Shown here: positions 18,311 through 28,900 of the stretch, in pieces
Numbering within the stretch: the first letter of the stretch is position 1
How the letters are laid out: each line of letters begins with the position of its first letter
Origin: Acidobacteriota bacterium
Lineage (GTDB): Bacteria; Acidobacteriota; UBA6911; RPQK01; JADFOI01
Length of the DNA: 64,000 bases
NCBI GenBank assembly: GCA_963663035.1
Contig: OY760074.1
Span: 2,496,001 to 2,560,000, forward strand
Direction: 5' to 3'
Position numbers and translations under genes: made by a program
The notes under the pieces: model-generated
The model's input: the letters and a program-made list of their open reading frames with translations, nothing else
Told to the model about the DNA's origin: nothing
Database searches by the model: none

Positions 18311-19577
18311 TGACCTGCCCCCACGAACGAGTCCACCCTCTATGCTAGACCCGGGACCATTTGAAGTCCACTCCAAGGGATTGGATCCAGTGCCTGCGAC
18401 CTAGGTAGTTTGGCCTCTGGCGCCGGCGGCCGATAGGCCAAGGCGCTTTGAGGCCGGATCTGATTGTAATCCCTCCGCCAGCGTTCTACCAACACCTTGG
18501 CTTCCCCCAGCGTGTCGAAGATCTCCATGTTCAGCAGCTCATCCCGTAGTTTCCCGTTGAAACTCTCAATGTACCCATTCTCCCAGGGGCTGCCCGGCTC
18601 GATGTACAAGGTCCTTACCCCAACAGCCTGCAGCCAGTCCCGGACCGCCTGTGCCGTAAACTCCGATCCGTTATCGGACCGGATAAACTCAGGCACTCCC
18701 CGATCAACGAATAACTCCGCCAGCCGGTCCAACACGTCTTGGTGATTCATCTGCCGTTTCACATCAATGGCGAGGCACTCTCTGGTGTACTCATCCAGGA
18801 TCGTCAATAGCCGAAAGGCTCGCCCATCATGGGTCCGTTCATGCACGAAATCATAGCTCCAGACGTGGTTCTTGCGAGCCGCTCGTAACCGAACACAGGA
18901 ACCGTCATTAAGCCACAGCCTCCTTCGTTTCGGCTGTCTGGACGGGACTTTCAGCCCTTCTTGTCTCCACAGCCTCTCCACCCGCTTAGGATTCACCTTC
19001 CACCCTTCCCCATGAAGTATCGCCGTGACCCGCCGGTAGCCATAACGCCCGTATTGCGTAGCCAACTCCACCATCCGGGCCACCAATCGGGCCTCATCAT
19101 CGGGAATTTGCCTTTCCCTTCGCTGGGTCGATCGAACCTGTCCCAGCACTTGGCAGGCCCGACGTTCGGAGACTCGCTCTGCTCCTAATCGCTCTCGTAC
19201 CCACATCACCGCTCGTCTCCTGTTCGCCGGGCCTAGAAGTTTCCCGAGGACACTTCCTTCAGGATCTGCTTGTCCAAAGACAGATCCGCCACCAGCTTCT
19301 TCAACCGGGTATTCTCCTTCTCCAACACCTTCAACCTCTTGGCCTGGTCCAACCGGAGCCCTCCGTACTCTTTGCGCCACCGGTAGTAGGTCTGCTCGCT
19401 CACCCCCATCTGCTTCGACACCTGTCCCACCCTCTGTCCTTGGGCCAGACCCACCTCTGCCTCACGCAGCTTCATGATGATCTGTTCTGCCCTAAACCGC
19501 TTCCCTGCCATCCTTGCCTCCTTCCTAAACCGGAAATCCTAACATTCAAACTGGACTCGTTTTAGGGGGCAAGGTCA
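18311..19577 (-). mobile_element. IS3-family insertion sequence, copy 3 (inverted)
   Basis: Same ends and length; HSAL>QSAL change. Confidence 0.95.
18340..19511 (-). CDS. IS3 transposase OrfAB
   Basis: As copy 1. Confidence 0.92.
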
Positions 19578-19851
19578 TGGCCGAGAAGACAATGTCAACC
19601 TTGGTTTACAGATGTCGACACCCGTTGACTTGAATAGAGCCCCCCGGTCTGGGCCAGATATCCATATAGAGTGGTGTCTATAGGATTTGGCGCAATATAT
19701 GGGCGCGATGTGGGCAGGCAGGATTGGCACGCTATTTGCTGTGATCACCATCACAAATTGGCGCGTGATCCTAATCACACAGCTGCGTTCGAAACCAGAA
19801 GTAGGAAGAGATCTGCGCGCGATTGTATGGAGGCTAACGAAAGGGAGGCTA

Positions 19852-20048
19852 ATGAAAGCGAAAAACAAAGTAATTCAATCCATCATTATGGGCACAGTGG
19901 CGGCCATTCTGTTCATTGGCGGCACTGAGGCGCTGGGTGAGACCATCCTTGTCGATATTGCACCCTGCTCGGACATAGGGATAGGGAACCCCTTCTGTAC
20001 CATCCAGGAAGCGGTAGACGCTGCCGTCCCAGGCGATACGATTGAAAT
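19852..20048 (+). pseudogene. 5' part of a secreted beta-helix protein interrupted by the IS1595 element
   Basis: RBS GGAGG; signal peptide, PFCTIQEAVDAA..GDTIE; joins in frame to IAAGTYTE at 22960. Confidence 0.88.
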
Positions 20049-20315
20049 GGGAAGTATATACGATAGTGCCCAAGAGAGGGGCTATCCCCTCTTGTTCGGC
20101 TTGTAGTTGGCAACCGCCTTTGCCAGCTTCTCAGGCGTGGCATCAGGGATGCTCAAGTCTTTTTCAAGCTCAGCCTTGGTTGGATGGTGCTTACTGGCGT
20201 CCCATTGGGTGGACCGGGGGCTGATTTTGTTGTGGATGTTACCCTTCTTCTTCATGCTTTTTCTCCTTTTGTGAACGTAAAGAATGGGATAATATAGGGA
20301 AAGAGGTTCAGGGTC

Positions 20316-20495
20316 ACGCCGAAATACAAGGTCGTATTCGCGAATGGGGAAAAACGAAATTTGACAGTTAAAGCAGAAATTATCAGTGAAGCAAAGCCTT
20401 CCTTGCTAAAATTCAAGACTGCCGGAGGCGATCTGGTTGCCATTGTTCCTCTTGAAAAAATCCTCTATGTCGTTGAAATAAAAGAAGATGAATAG
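20316..20495 (+). CDS. Possible small passenger protein (ACG start or mutated start)
   Basis: AGAGG upstream; TPKYKVVFANGEKRNLTVKAE...VAIVPLEKILYVVEIKEDE*. Confidence 0.35.
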   Translation, partial: TPKYKVVFANGEKRNLTVKAEIISEAKPSLLKFKTAGGDLVAIVPLEKILYVVEIKEDE

Positions 20496-20543
20496 AGCTA
20501 TATCCCTCTACTTTCCTAAAATAGGATTATCCCACTGCTTGTT

Positions 20544-21113
20544 CTAATCAGCGGTTATCATCGCCTCCACGCATGTTTCCTTTGCCCTTACGTACATACG
20601 TTGACGAGCCTGCAAATTGGCAGTGCTTTTGGCAACCGGTAAGAGGGAATTAACCATCGCATCGACGTCGTCTGCCTTCATGCTCATCACCAGCCACGCC
20701 GTGGTCTCGGATTCCTCCGCCGAGGCGATATTCAATTTCTGGACGGCAATCTTGAAACACGGATGGACAACATGCGTAATAATCTCGCTCCGATAGTCTG
20801 AAGTCGCTGGGGCAGCAGTGGCCGGTTTTGCAGGAAGCGACCAGTTTGGGAACATACCCAGTCCCTTTGATCCACCACAGCCGCCATCAACATGCCCAAG
20901 AGTATGTCCAGTTTCACGGCAGTGCCAGACGCGATTGAATATCTCGTCTGATCCAATCAGATCCATCTCCACATAGGGAGACGGGCACTGGAAGTGTGCG
21001 GGAGGCGGATTTTCACTTTCAGCACAAGGTTGGGGTAAGTGACCTTGGCCCAAGGCCACAAGGGGAACAAACGAAAAAGAGATGGCCGTTAGGGCTACGA
21101 GGATGGTCTTCAT
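20544..21113 (-). CDS. Secreted Cys-containing hypothetical passenger protein
   Basis: Signal peptide MKTILVALTAISFSFVPLVALG; 6 Cys. Confidence 0.6.
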   Translation of the reverse strand: MKTILVALTAISFSFVPLVALGQGHLPQPCAESENPPPAHFQCPSPYVEMDLIGSDEIFNRVWHCRETGHTLGHVDGGCGGSKGLGMFPNWSLPAKPATAAPATSDYRSEIITHVVHPCFKIAVQKLNIASAEESETTAWLVMSMKADDVDAMVNSLLPVAKSTANLQARQRMYVRAKETCVEAMITAD

Positions 21114-21194
21114 GTCGCGGTATCTTTTCTGAAATACTCAAGCAGATCAAGAATGGTATTATAAGAGACAGACGGACCAGCGTTCGATTGGGGG

Positions 21195-21584
21195 TTGGTA
21201 AACCCCAATCGAACGCTGAAGACTAGCGGTAAACTCAATTGGATGATCTCCAGTTCAAATTGTACCCCGGTTAGTCGTTGTCCGTCAAACAGGATAAGAT
21301 CGATGGCAGGCGCACAACATGCTGGCTGGACGCTAAGACAAGCAGAAAAGGCTGTTGAATTAGCCAGAAAGGTAGGGCGTCCATTGACATTCTTTGCCGC
21401 AATTGGATTTCTTTTGATTGTTATTATCCCGATCCTCTACGGAATGACACCCAATAACCCTCCCATTGGGTTGTCCATTGCTCTATCCCTGGTGTGTTTG
21501 GCCCTGTCCGTGGATATCGTCTGTGTCCTGATCTGGGCCAAGGCCAAGCTGAAACAAAACCCGAATGCCTTCCAGGACGAATAG
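21195..21584 (+). CDS. Two-TM hypothetical passenger protein (start probably near 21303)
   Basis: Two hydrophobic helices. Confidence 0.5.
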   Translation: MVNPNRTLKTSGKLNWMISSSNCTPVSRCPSNRIRSMAGAQHAGWTLRQAEKAVELARKVGRPLTFFAAIGFLLIVIIPILYGMTPNNPPIGLSIALSLVCLALSVDIVCVLIWAKAKLKQNPNAFQDE

Positions 21585-21610
21585 GGCCTATTCCTTACAC
21601 TGTCTGACAA

Positions 21611-22555
21611 CTACGACACCAAGTCTTGATAGCGCAACCGCTTCCCGTCCATACCCTTGACCATGACCTTCATCTGGTCGATGGTATCAAGCTGGCGCAT
21701 GTTGTGACGCCCTGAGAACTCATCGACATACCGTTGCAGGTGCTTCTCGCTCATGCGATGGTAGGTTCCGTAGTAGCCCCGCTTCAGCATGGCCCAGAAG
21801 GATTCGATGCCATTCGTGTGGGCCTGGCCTTTGACGTACTCCCTGACACTGTGACGGACGGAACTATGCTCAAAATCCAGCCATAGCCGATTGTAACCGC
21901 CGTGGTCGTCCGTGTAGACGGTTGATCCTGGCTTGACACGATCCTGGATAAACCCTTCGAGATTTTCCTGGGTGGTTCCCTGGATGACGGTGGCACTGAC
22001 ACGGTTGGTTTCCCGATCCTTGGCACCAGCGACAGGAGTTTTACCCACGGCCCCACGTCCGGCATTGAGCTTTTTGGAGTTTCGCTTGTTCTTCTCCTTG
22101 CCACCGATGTAGGTTTCGTCCACTTCAACCGGACCCGAGAAAAGTCCCTTATCCTTTGTCCAGGATTCTCTGAGCCTATGGCCGATAAACCAGGCTGTTT
22201 TCTGAGTGATCCCCAGGTCTCGGTGCAGCTTCATGCTGGATACGCCTTTGATTCCAGTGCTGAGTAGGTACATGGCGATGACCCAGGTCTGGAATCCAAG
22301 GTTAGACCCCTCCATAGCGGTTCCTGTCTTGGCACTGAAACGCTTGCGGCAGTCTCGGCATCGGTAGGGCATGGTGGGATGCTTGGCTCCGGTCTGGACA
22401 TTCACCGATCCGCAATGAGGGCAGGCAATCCCATTCGGCCACCGTTGCCCGACAAACCACTTCTCAGCCGTAGAATCATCGGGGAACATCTTGAAGAATG
22501 CTTTTACTGAAAGCCCTTTGCGGTGGCTCTTTCCAGGTTCTTTGTGCTTATCCAT
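21611..22555 (-). CDS. IS1595-family (ISXO2-like) DDE transposase
   Basis: Zn ribbon CPHC/CRDC, VEVDETY, VYTDD, HTNGIES, RYVDEF; TATAAT 7 nt upstream of ATG 22555. Confidence 0.93.
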   Translation of the reverse strand: MDKHKEPGKSHRKGLSVKAFFKMFPDDSTAEKWFVGQRWPNGIACPHCGSVNVQTGAKHPTMPYRCRDCRKRFSAKTGTAMEGSNLGFQTWVIAMYLLSTGIKGVSSMKLHRDLGITQKTAWFIGHRLRESWTKDKGLFSGPVEVDETYIGGKEKNKRNSKKLNAGRGAVGKTPVAGAKDRETNRVSATVIQGTTQENLEGFIQDRVKPGSTVYTDDHGGYNRLWLDFEHSSVRHSVREYVKGQAHTNGIESFWAMLKRGYYGTYHRMSEKHLQRYVDEFSGRHNMRQLDTIDQMKVMVKGMDGKRLRYQDLVS

Positions 22556-22780
22556 GGGTACTATTATAGTATTCAAGGGTGACATTTTTGGGGGGTTCTG
22601 CTGTTCTTTGTAGGAACGTCAGTCCAGGTCAATAAGATGGGAGCGTGCCGTGTGGCAGGAGCCGTTTTAAGGCTCGGCTCCTGCCAGAAAAAGGCTGAGT
22701 GGAAACTGACAAACCCACTCTACCTATTTCGTCTGACAAAGAAGCGGCCCCAAGATTGGCTTGCCTGTAGAAGCCTTTCC

Positions 22781-22861
22781 GGGGGCCGCCCTATGGGGTC
22801 GGCTTGGCGCGGCTTTGGACTCCAAATCTGCCAGCCGAGGGTTCGAATCCCTCCGCCTCCA
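22781..22861 (+). ncRNA. Degenerate tRNA-like sequence (Trp-type CCA loop) inside IS1595
   Basis: Perfect T-arm GAGGG-TTCGAAT-CCCTC, loop CTCCAAA, acceptor GGGGGCC/CGCCTCC-A; D-arm and anticodon stem irregular. Confidence 0.5.
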
Positions 22862-22951
22862 CTCGCACAGTCTATTCCCTGCTGTCTGACACGACAAGGG
22901 TATATTCACCTGAAAGGTGGGATCTCTTGGGTACTATCGTATATAATTCCC

Positions 22952-24850
22952 ATTGAAATCGCTGCAGGGACTTACACCGAGAACGTCATCATCAACAAGA
23001 ACGTGATACTTCTAGGAGCCGGCTCAGGCGTCGATGGCACTTTCGTTGATGGTGGTGGGGCGGGAACCGTTATCACTATAGACCCTGGCGTGACCGTGAC
23101 CATCTCTGACATGAGCATAGTGAACGGTAGCGCCTTCCTTGGAGGCGGCATCTCGAACTTCGGGACGCTCACCCTGGGAAAGAGCGCCGTCAGCGGCAAC
23201 ACGGCTGACTGCGGAGGCGGCATCTCGAACTTCGGGACGCTCACTCTTGAAAACAGCACCGTCAGCGGCAACACGGCTAGCCGCGGAGGGGGTATCGAAA
23301 ACCAATGGATACTCACTATGATCAACAGTACCGTCAGCGACAACATGGCTGCTACCTTCGGAGGGGGCATCGAGAACGTTGACGGCATGGCCGAACTAAT
23401 CAACAGCACCGTCAGCGGTAATACGGCAACCGTGGGTGGTGGCGGCATCATAAACTTAGGCTTGAGTGTACTCACGTTCAGGAATACCACCGTCAGCAAC
23501 AACACGGTGGCAGAGGTGGGATTCGGCGGGGGCATCTTCAACCTTGCCCTGGCGGACTTTGGAAACACCATCATCGCCGACAATCTCGACGGGGTGGCAA
23601 ACCCCGACGACCTCGGTAACCCCAGTAACTGTTATCCGTTCTCTCCCATCGACTCCATCGGGTTCAACCTGGACAGCGATAGCACATGCGTGCTCATGGG
23701 ACCAATGGACCTATTCGACGCAGAGCCCAAGCTGGGCCCACTGGCTGAGAACGATGGCACCACCTTCACCCACGCGCTGCTTTCAGGCAGTCCGGCCATC
23801 GACATGGGCAACGACGTGGATGGCTGCACGGACGCCGCCGGCGTCCTCCTGACAACCGACCAGCGGGGCAAACCGCGGCCGGACACGGACACTGGCCTAT
23901 GTGATATTGGGGCCTTTGAAGTCCAGGCTGCAGCATTGCCGTTTGACGACTTCCTCTCCTATCAGATCAGACCATCAAAGCGCGCCAGAAATCGTGGTCA
24001 TGATGGTGATGATGATGACGACGATGACGATGATGGTTTTCGTCATAAGACTGGGAAAGTCTCTCTGAAGGATCAGTTTGCCGAGAGGACCTTTCGAGTG
24101 GTGAACCCCGTGGCTCTGCTGCGTCCCGCTGTCGCTCAGCAGGAAGACGGAGCGATTGGAGAGCCCTTCGATTCGGAAACTAGCCTCATTGGATACAAAG
24201 TTTTAGGCCCCTGGCGCCATCGCCCCCGGGTTAAAAATATCGAGGTGACGAACCAGTTCACGGAGAAGTTCGGTGAGCTTTCCGTGGACCTGTTCATAGC
24301 TGACCGTCTCCTGGTACCAGCCTCGCAGAGCTTGGACCAGGAACCAGCTGCCCCCGTCATCGCTGACATCAACGTTGACCACTTTTTGTGTTACACAGTC
24401 AGACAGAGCCGGAACACTCCCAGGTTCCCAAGGAACATCAAAGTCTCTGTAGACGACCAGCTGAACGATTCAGCGAAGTTGTACGTCGTGACTAAACCGA
24501 CCCAGCTCTGCACTCCAGTTGACAAAAACGATGAACTGAGAAAAAACGCAGAGAACAACCTCATGTGCTACAGCATCAGACCGGCCAGGCGCCAACCCAG
24601 GCACGAAAGAATAGAAGGCCTCTGGGTGAGTGACCAGTTTGGTTCCATGCAAGTGGACACGCGAACGGAAAAGGAGTTGTGCGTACCATCAACCATAGTT
24701 GTTCCTGAGGTTGACCAGGATGATCACAGGGACGACCGGCAGCGCGACCGTGACAACGATGACGATGATGATGATGACGACGATGACGATGATGACGACG
24801 ACGACGATGGTGACCACGGCGACGATGATGATGATGACGACGACGAATAG
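22952..24850 (+). pseudogene. 3' part of secreted beta-helix / choice-of-anchor-Q protein with poly-Asp tracts
   Basis: GGGI.N...STVSGN repeats, SPAID, DQRG..R...CDIGAFE; repeated DHFLCY/LC.P modules; Asp runs. Confidence 0.85.
24752..24847 (+). repeat. GAT/GAC trinucleotide tract (poly-Asp); a shorter tract lies at 24008-24034
   Basis: Direct reading. Confidence 0.9.
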
Positions 24851-24999
24851 CACCCCGGGCCTGCTGCAACTGCATCGGACAGTGTAAAGAAGACCAGGCC
24901 ACTGAGATTTAGCAGGGCATGAAGCTTCCGGGTTCCAAGTTCCAGGTTTAAAAAATTTCCTGACTCCTGACCAGCTGTCCCCTCTTTCCCTTCCAAACA

Positions 25000-25075
25000 G
25001 GCCCGTGGGCTAAAGCCCACGGCTCTGTTTGAGCCTCGTCAGCTCCGTCAGAGCCGCAGGCTTTAGCCTGCGGGC
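25000..25075. repeat. REP family A doublet followed by heptamer repeats (to about 25185)
   Basis: Same arms as 270-347; TTCTGG(C/A) and TGTCAG(T/C) heptamers. Confidence 0.85.
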
Positions 25076-25217
25076 TGTACTCAAGTTTCTCCTTCTGGCT
25101 TCTGGATTCTGGATTCTCTCTCCTGCCTGCTGCACTCCTTCTTCCTGTCTGTGGTCTCTTGACAGCTGTCAGTTGTCAGCTGTCAGGAGTGGCATTCAAA
25201 CCAATCAGGTGATATAA

Positions 25218-25811
25218 ATGAGGGCCGAAATGAGCCATCAAAAGCTGATTGTGGCCGTCACTGGAGCAACCGGGGCCATCTTTGGGGTTCGTCTTCTGGA
25301 GCTGTTACAGGGTTCGGAGGTCGAGACCCATTTGGTGCTGAGCAAGTGGGCCAAACGCACTCTCACTTACGAAACCCAGTACACCATGGAGCAGGTCCAG
25401 GAGATGGCGACGGAGGTCTATCCACTGCACGATCAGGGAGCCGCCATTTCCAGCGGATCTTTCGTGACAAGCGGAATGGTTGTCATTCCCTGCAGCATGA
25501 GAACGCTTTCCGCCATTGCTCAGGGCGCCGGCGACAATCTCATTCATCGGGCTGCTGATGTCGTCTTGAAGGAACGTCGCAAACTGGTGCTGGTGGCGCG
25601 TGAGTCCCCTTTGAATCAGATTCATCTGGGGAACATGTTGAAACTGGCGCAGATGGGGACTGTCATTCTGCCGCCCGTGCCTGCCTTTTATAACCACCCA
25701 AAAAAAATCGATGACATCGTCAATCATATTGCCGGTCGGGTTCTGGATCAGTTCGAGATTCACCTGGACGTGGTGAACCGCTGGAGCGGCATGGTGTCTT
25801 CGGTTCAGTGA
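25218..25811 (+). CDS. ubiX: Flavin prenyltransferase UbiX
   Basis: VAVTGATGA, ISSGS, PCSMRTL, RAADVVLKERR, PPVPAFY. Confidence 0.95.
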   Translation: MRAEMSHQKLIVAVTGATGAIFGVRLLELLQGSEVETHLVLSKWAKRTLTYETQYTMEQVQEMATEVYPLHDQGAAISSGSFVTSGMVVIPCSMRTLSAIAQGAGDNLIHRAADVVLKERRKLVLVARESPLNQIHLGNMLKLAQMGTVILPPVPAFYNHPKKIDDIVNHIAGRVLDQFEIHLDVVNRWSGMVSSVQ

Positions 25812-25839
25812 ATCCTATCTAGGCTTTGGGATTTCTCCT

Positions 25840-25988
25840 AGCCCGCATTTCTCACACCAGGTCGTCGCGAAGCGGCGGAAGGGCCGGCCTGACAAGGCGC
25901 GCGAGGGGTACCCGCTTGCGGGTCGCGAAACGCCGTCAGGTCGGATCATTGCGCCGATGCAGTAGAGCGGGTGTGAGAAGTGCGGGCT
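25840..25988. mobile_element. MITE family B (TIR AGCCCGCATTTCTCACACC)
   Basis: 19-bp TIRs, CTAG at both ends, core CAAGGCGCGCGAGGGGTACCCGCTTGCGGGTCGC. Confidence 0.8.
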
Positions 25989-28900
25989 AGAAGGTATATC
26001 TCAATCCCAGCTGCAGCTGACGGGAAGAACTTGTGGTCGAAAAGATGGTGGCCGCATTCCCCACCGGGATTCCATTGCCAAGGCAGGCGGGATCAGGCGG
26101 AGCCACCGAGCACTCGTCATCCAGGTCATTGAATATAATCACTCCACCACCAGCTCCCCGGTTTTGAGGGTGGGAGAAGTTGGCTCGATTGAGCAGATTG
26201 AAAACCTCCAGCCGGAATTGCAAACCGTGCTGCTCACTCAACTGGACACTCCGTGTCGCACTGACATCCAGTGTGGCAAAGCCGGGGCCGATGAGAGAAT
26301 TGCGGCCCAGCGTACCCAGATGTCCTTCGTCCTGCAATGTAAAGGAAGAGACATCAAAATAGTTGTCAGGGCCCCACAGCACAGGATTGTTATCGGAACC
26401 CGGTACCAGGTCAGGCCGGTGGCCTTCGCGCACGCGGTTGTTCACAATGTCAAAGGACACGTTGGCGCTGAAAGGGTAGCCGCTTGAAATAGTCACAATT
26501 CCAGCCGTCTGCCAGTCGTTGAGCAAGATCCCACTTATACTGCTTTGCGGGAATTGACCGGGCAGGTCCCAGGTGTACTGGAGCACGGCGTTGTGAGCGA
26601 TGTGGAAGTTGGAAAGACCCCGATCGATGCTTCTGTCAAAGTAATAGGTTGCCTCAGGAAGGCTGTTGGTGAACTCTCGCCGATATGCCGAAGCGTCATC
26701 TATGGAACGACCGTAGGTGTAATTGAACAGAAACTGAAAACCCGATTCCCAGCGCCGTGTGAGGCCAACCTGCAGGGAGTTGTAGATGGAGTTCGCATCG
26801 GTGGAGGTCAGGCGAACCGCATCCAGATTCGCATTCGGCCGGGCAGCCGGCCTGGTTCCGAAGTACAGTCTCCCATCAGGGTCAACGGATTGCGGCGCCG
26901 GGATATTGATGTCGCCCACCCGGGGAAGGTGTACCCCGCGAGAACCGAAATACCCCACTCGCAGCACCAGCTGGTGGCCCAGCGATTGCTGCAGCAAGAG
27001 GTGGTATCGCATTACGTAGGGGGTCGACAGATTAAATTCCAGTGCATCCTGGCGCGGGTTTCCACCGTCACCGGCACCCAGCGGATCAGGATACTGAGGA
27101 GGAGGCCGAAAAGTGGTGCGCACGGTCGTAAAGGGACTCTGGATCCGCACCCGGTAGCCAAAAATGTTTTCCCGGATGGGCTCATAAAAAACGCCAAAGC
27201 CACTCCGCAGGACCGTCCGATCGTTTCCACCCACGTTCCAGGCCAGTCCCAGCCGGGGAGCAAAGTTCAAAAGGGAGGGATTTTCAAAAAGAGGATTCCC
27301 TTCGGTGGGAGCGGGATCATTGATATTCCGGAGGTTAGAGATCCGGTCATTCTTTTCGGTGGGCACCGTAAACCACTCGTAGCGCAGACCGTAACTGAGG
27401 GACAGGGCTGGGGTCCAGCGGTATTGATCGTGGACATAAAGCGCAAACAGGTCCTGCCGATACTCTCTGTGTGAATCGGCATCCGCCTGGGCACCGATAA
27501 AACGCTGGGGAACGTTGGTCAGGAAATCTTCCAGGTTTTCATAGACCAGCAGCCCGTCAAAGAAAAACTTGTAGTCACCGGCACTGGTCTGGTGCTTCCA
27601 GTCAAACCCCCAGCGAAGATCGTGATCGCCAGAAGTAAACTGAAAACCATTACTCACCTGATACTGCTGAAAGGGGAAATTCACGTCAGCGGTGTCGGTC
27701 CCGAAGCTGGTGAGCCCGCGAATGTTGATCCGTCCCATGTTGGGACGGCTGGGAATTAAGGGCGGCGTAGCCGCCAGCTCCGGAGTGCTGGCCACGCTTT
27801 CACTGGTGTAGGCACCTCGATTGTAAGCGAACTGAGCGGTGTGCAGGAGCCGTGAGGAAAACAGATGAGTCTCCTCCACGGCGAGATACTGACTACGGGA
27901 ATTGAGGTCACTGTCAAACCCCTCAATACTCACCTCAAAGGGAGCCAGCTTCTCGCTGTCCTGGAGGGTATAACGAACGAAAAGCGAATCGTTCGATCCC
28001 AGTCGAAAATCGGTACGAGCATTGAAGTGCTGGTCGTCGGTGGGCACTTGCTGCTGAAAGACATACTCGGCACTGCCATCTCCGAAGTCCCTCCCCACAG
28101 CCCGGGGATAGAGATTCAAAAGGGGTTTGATATCGTCTGAGACAGTGACAGAACCACTGGGCAAATCCCCCAGCCGAGCGGCATCGGTAGGCACCGTGTT
28201 GAAAAGAGTGAGCCCCATGCGTTCTCGCAAACCCTCATAGCTGAAGAAGAAGGTGTTTTCCTGCCCGGGCAGTGGCCCTCCGATTGAACCCCCATACTGG
28301 TCGCGGCTCAGGGGCGGAGGATCGCTGCGCTGGGTGGGATTGGAGGGATCTCTGTCGAAAAAGTTGCGGGCATCCAGAGCACTGTCTCGAAAGTACTCAA
28401 AAACTGATCCGTGAAAGTCGCGGGTTCCCCGGCGCGTGATGATGCTGACCGTGGCACCTCCACTTCCCCCCAGGTAGGCGGGATAGGCGTCATTGAGAAC
28501 CTCAAATTCCTGGACCGAGTCCATTCCCAGCAGCACTCCCGAAACTCCTCCGGGTGTGGACTTGAGAATGGGGTGTTGAATATCCATCCCATCCAGCAAA
28601 TACTCCGTGCCTCTTGCCCCATTGCCACTGATCTCTGCAGTCGTCCCATTCAGGGCACGGGTGTCCTTGGCACGCACCGGGATCATTCCGGGGGCCAGGA
28701 GAGCCAGACTGTCCAGGCTGCGGCCATTGATGGGCAGAGATGAGAGAGAAACCTCGTTGATGAGGGAGCTCAGGTGAGGGCTGGACAGATCCAATGGCGC
28801 GACCTCGCCCACCACCGTAATGGACTGCTCTGCATCCTGAACCTCCAGTGTCAGATCCAGCGAAATGGCCTGTCCGGCGCTCAAGGAGAGGTTCTTTTGC

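Larger units (their letters stand above)
20049..22951 (-). mobile_element. IS1595-family transporter IS with passenger genes (2903 bp)
   Basis: TIRs GGGAAGTATATACGATAGTGCCCAAGAGA / TCTCTTGGGTACTATCGTATATAATTCCC; 8-bp TSD ATTGAAAT (20041-20048, 22952-22959). Confidence 0.93.

Noticed and set aside
19687-20106. Standalone 139-aa ORF
   Set aside because: Chimera of upstream DNA, the split gene's 5' part and the IS end
22781-22861. Functional tRNA-Trp
   Set aside because: Mismatched anticodon stem and non-canonical D-arm; kept only as tRNA-like
22637-22951. First 105 aa of ORF 22637-24850
   Set aside because: IS1595 non-coding arm read in frame by chance; the real N-terminus is at 19852
23140-23430. 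Diversity-generating retroelement TR/VR pair
   Set aside because: Repeats are in-frame beta-helix coding units, differences are not adenine-specific, and there is no reverse transcriptase
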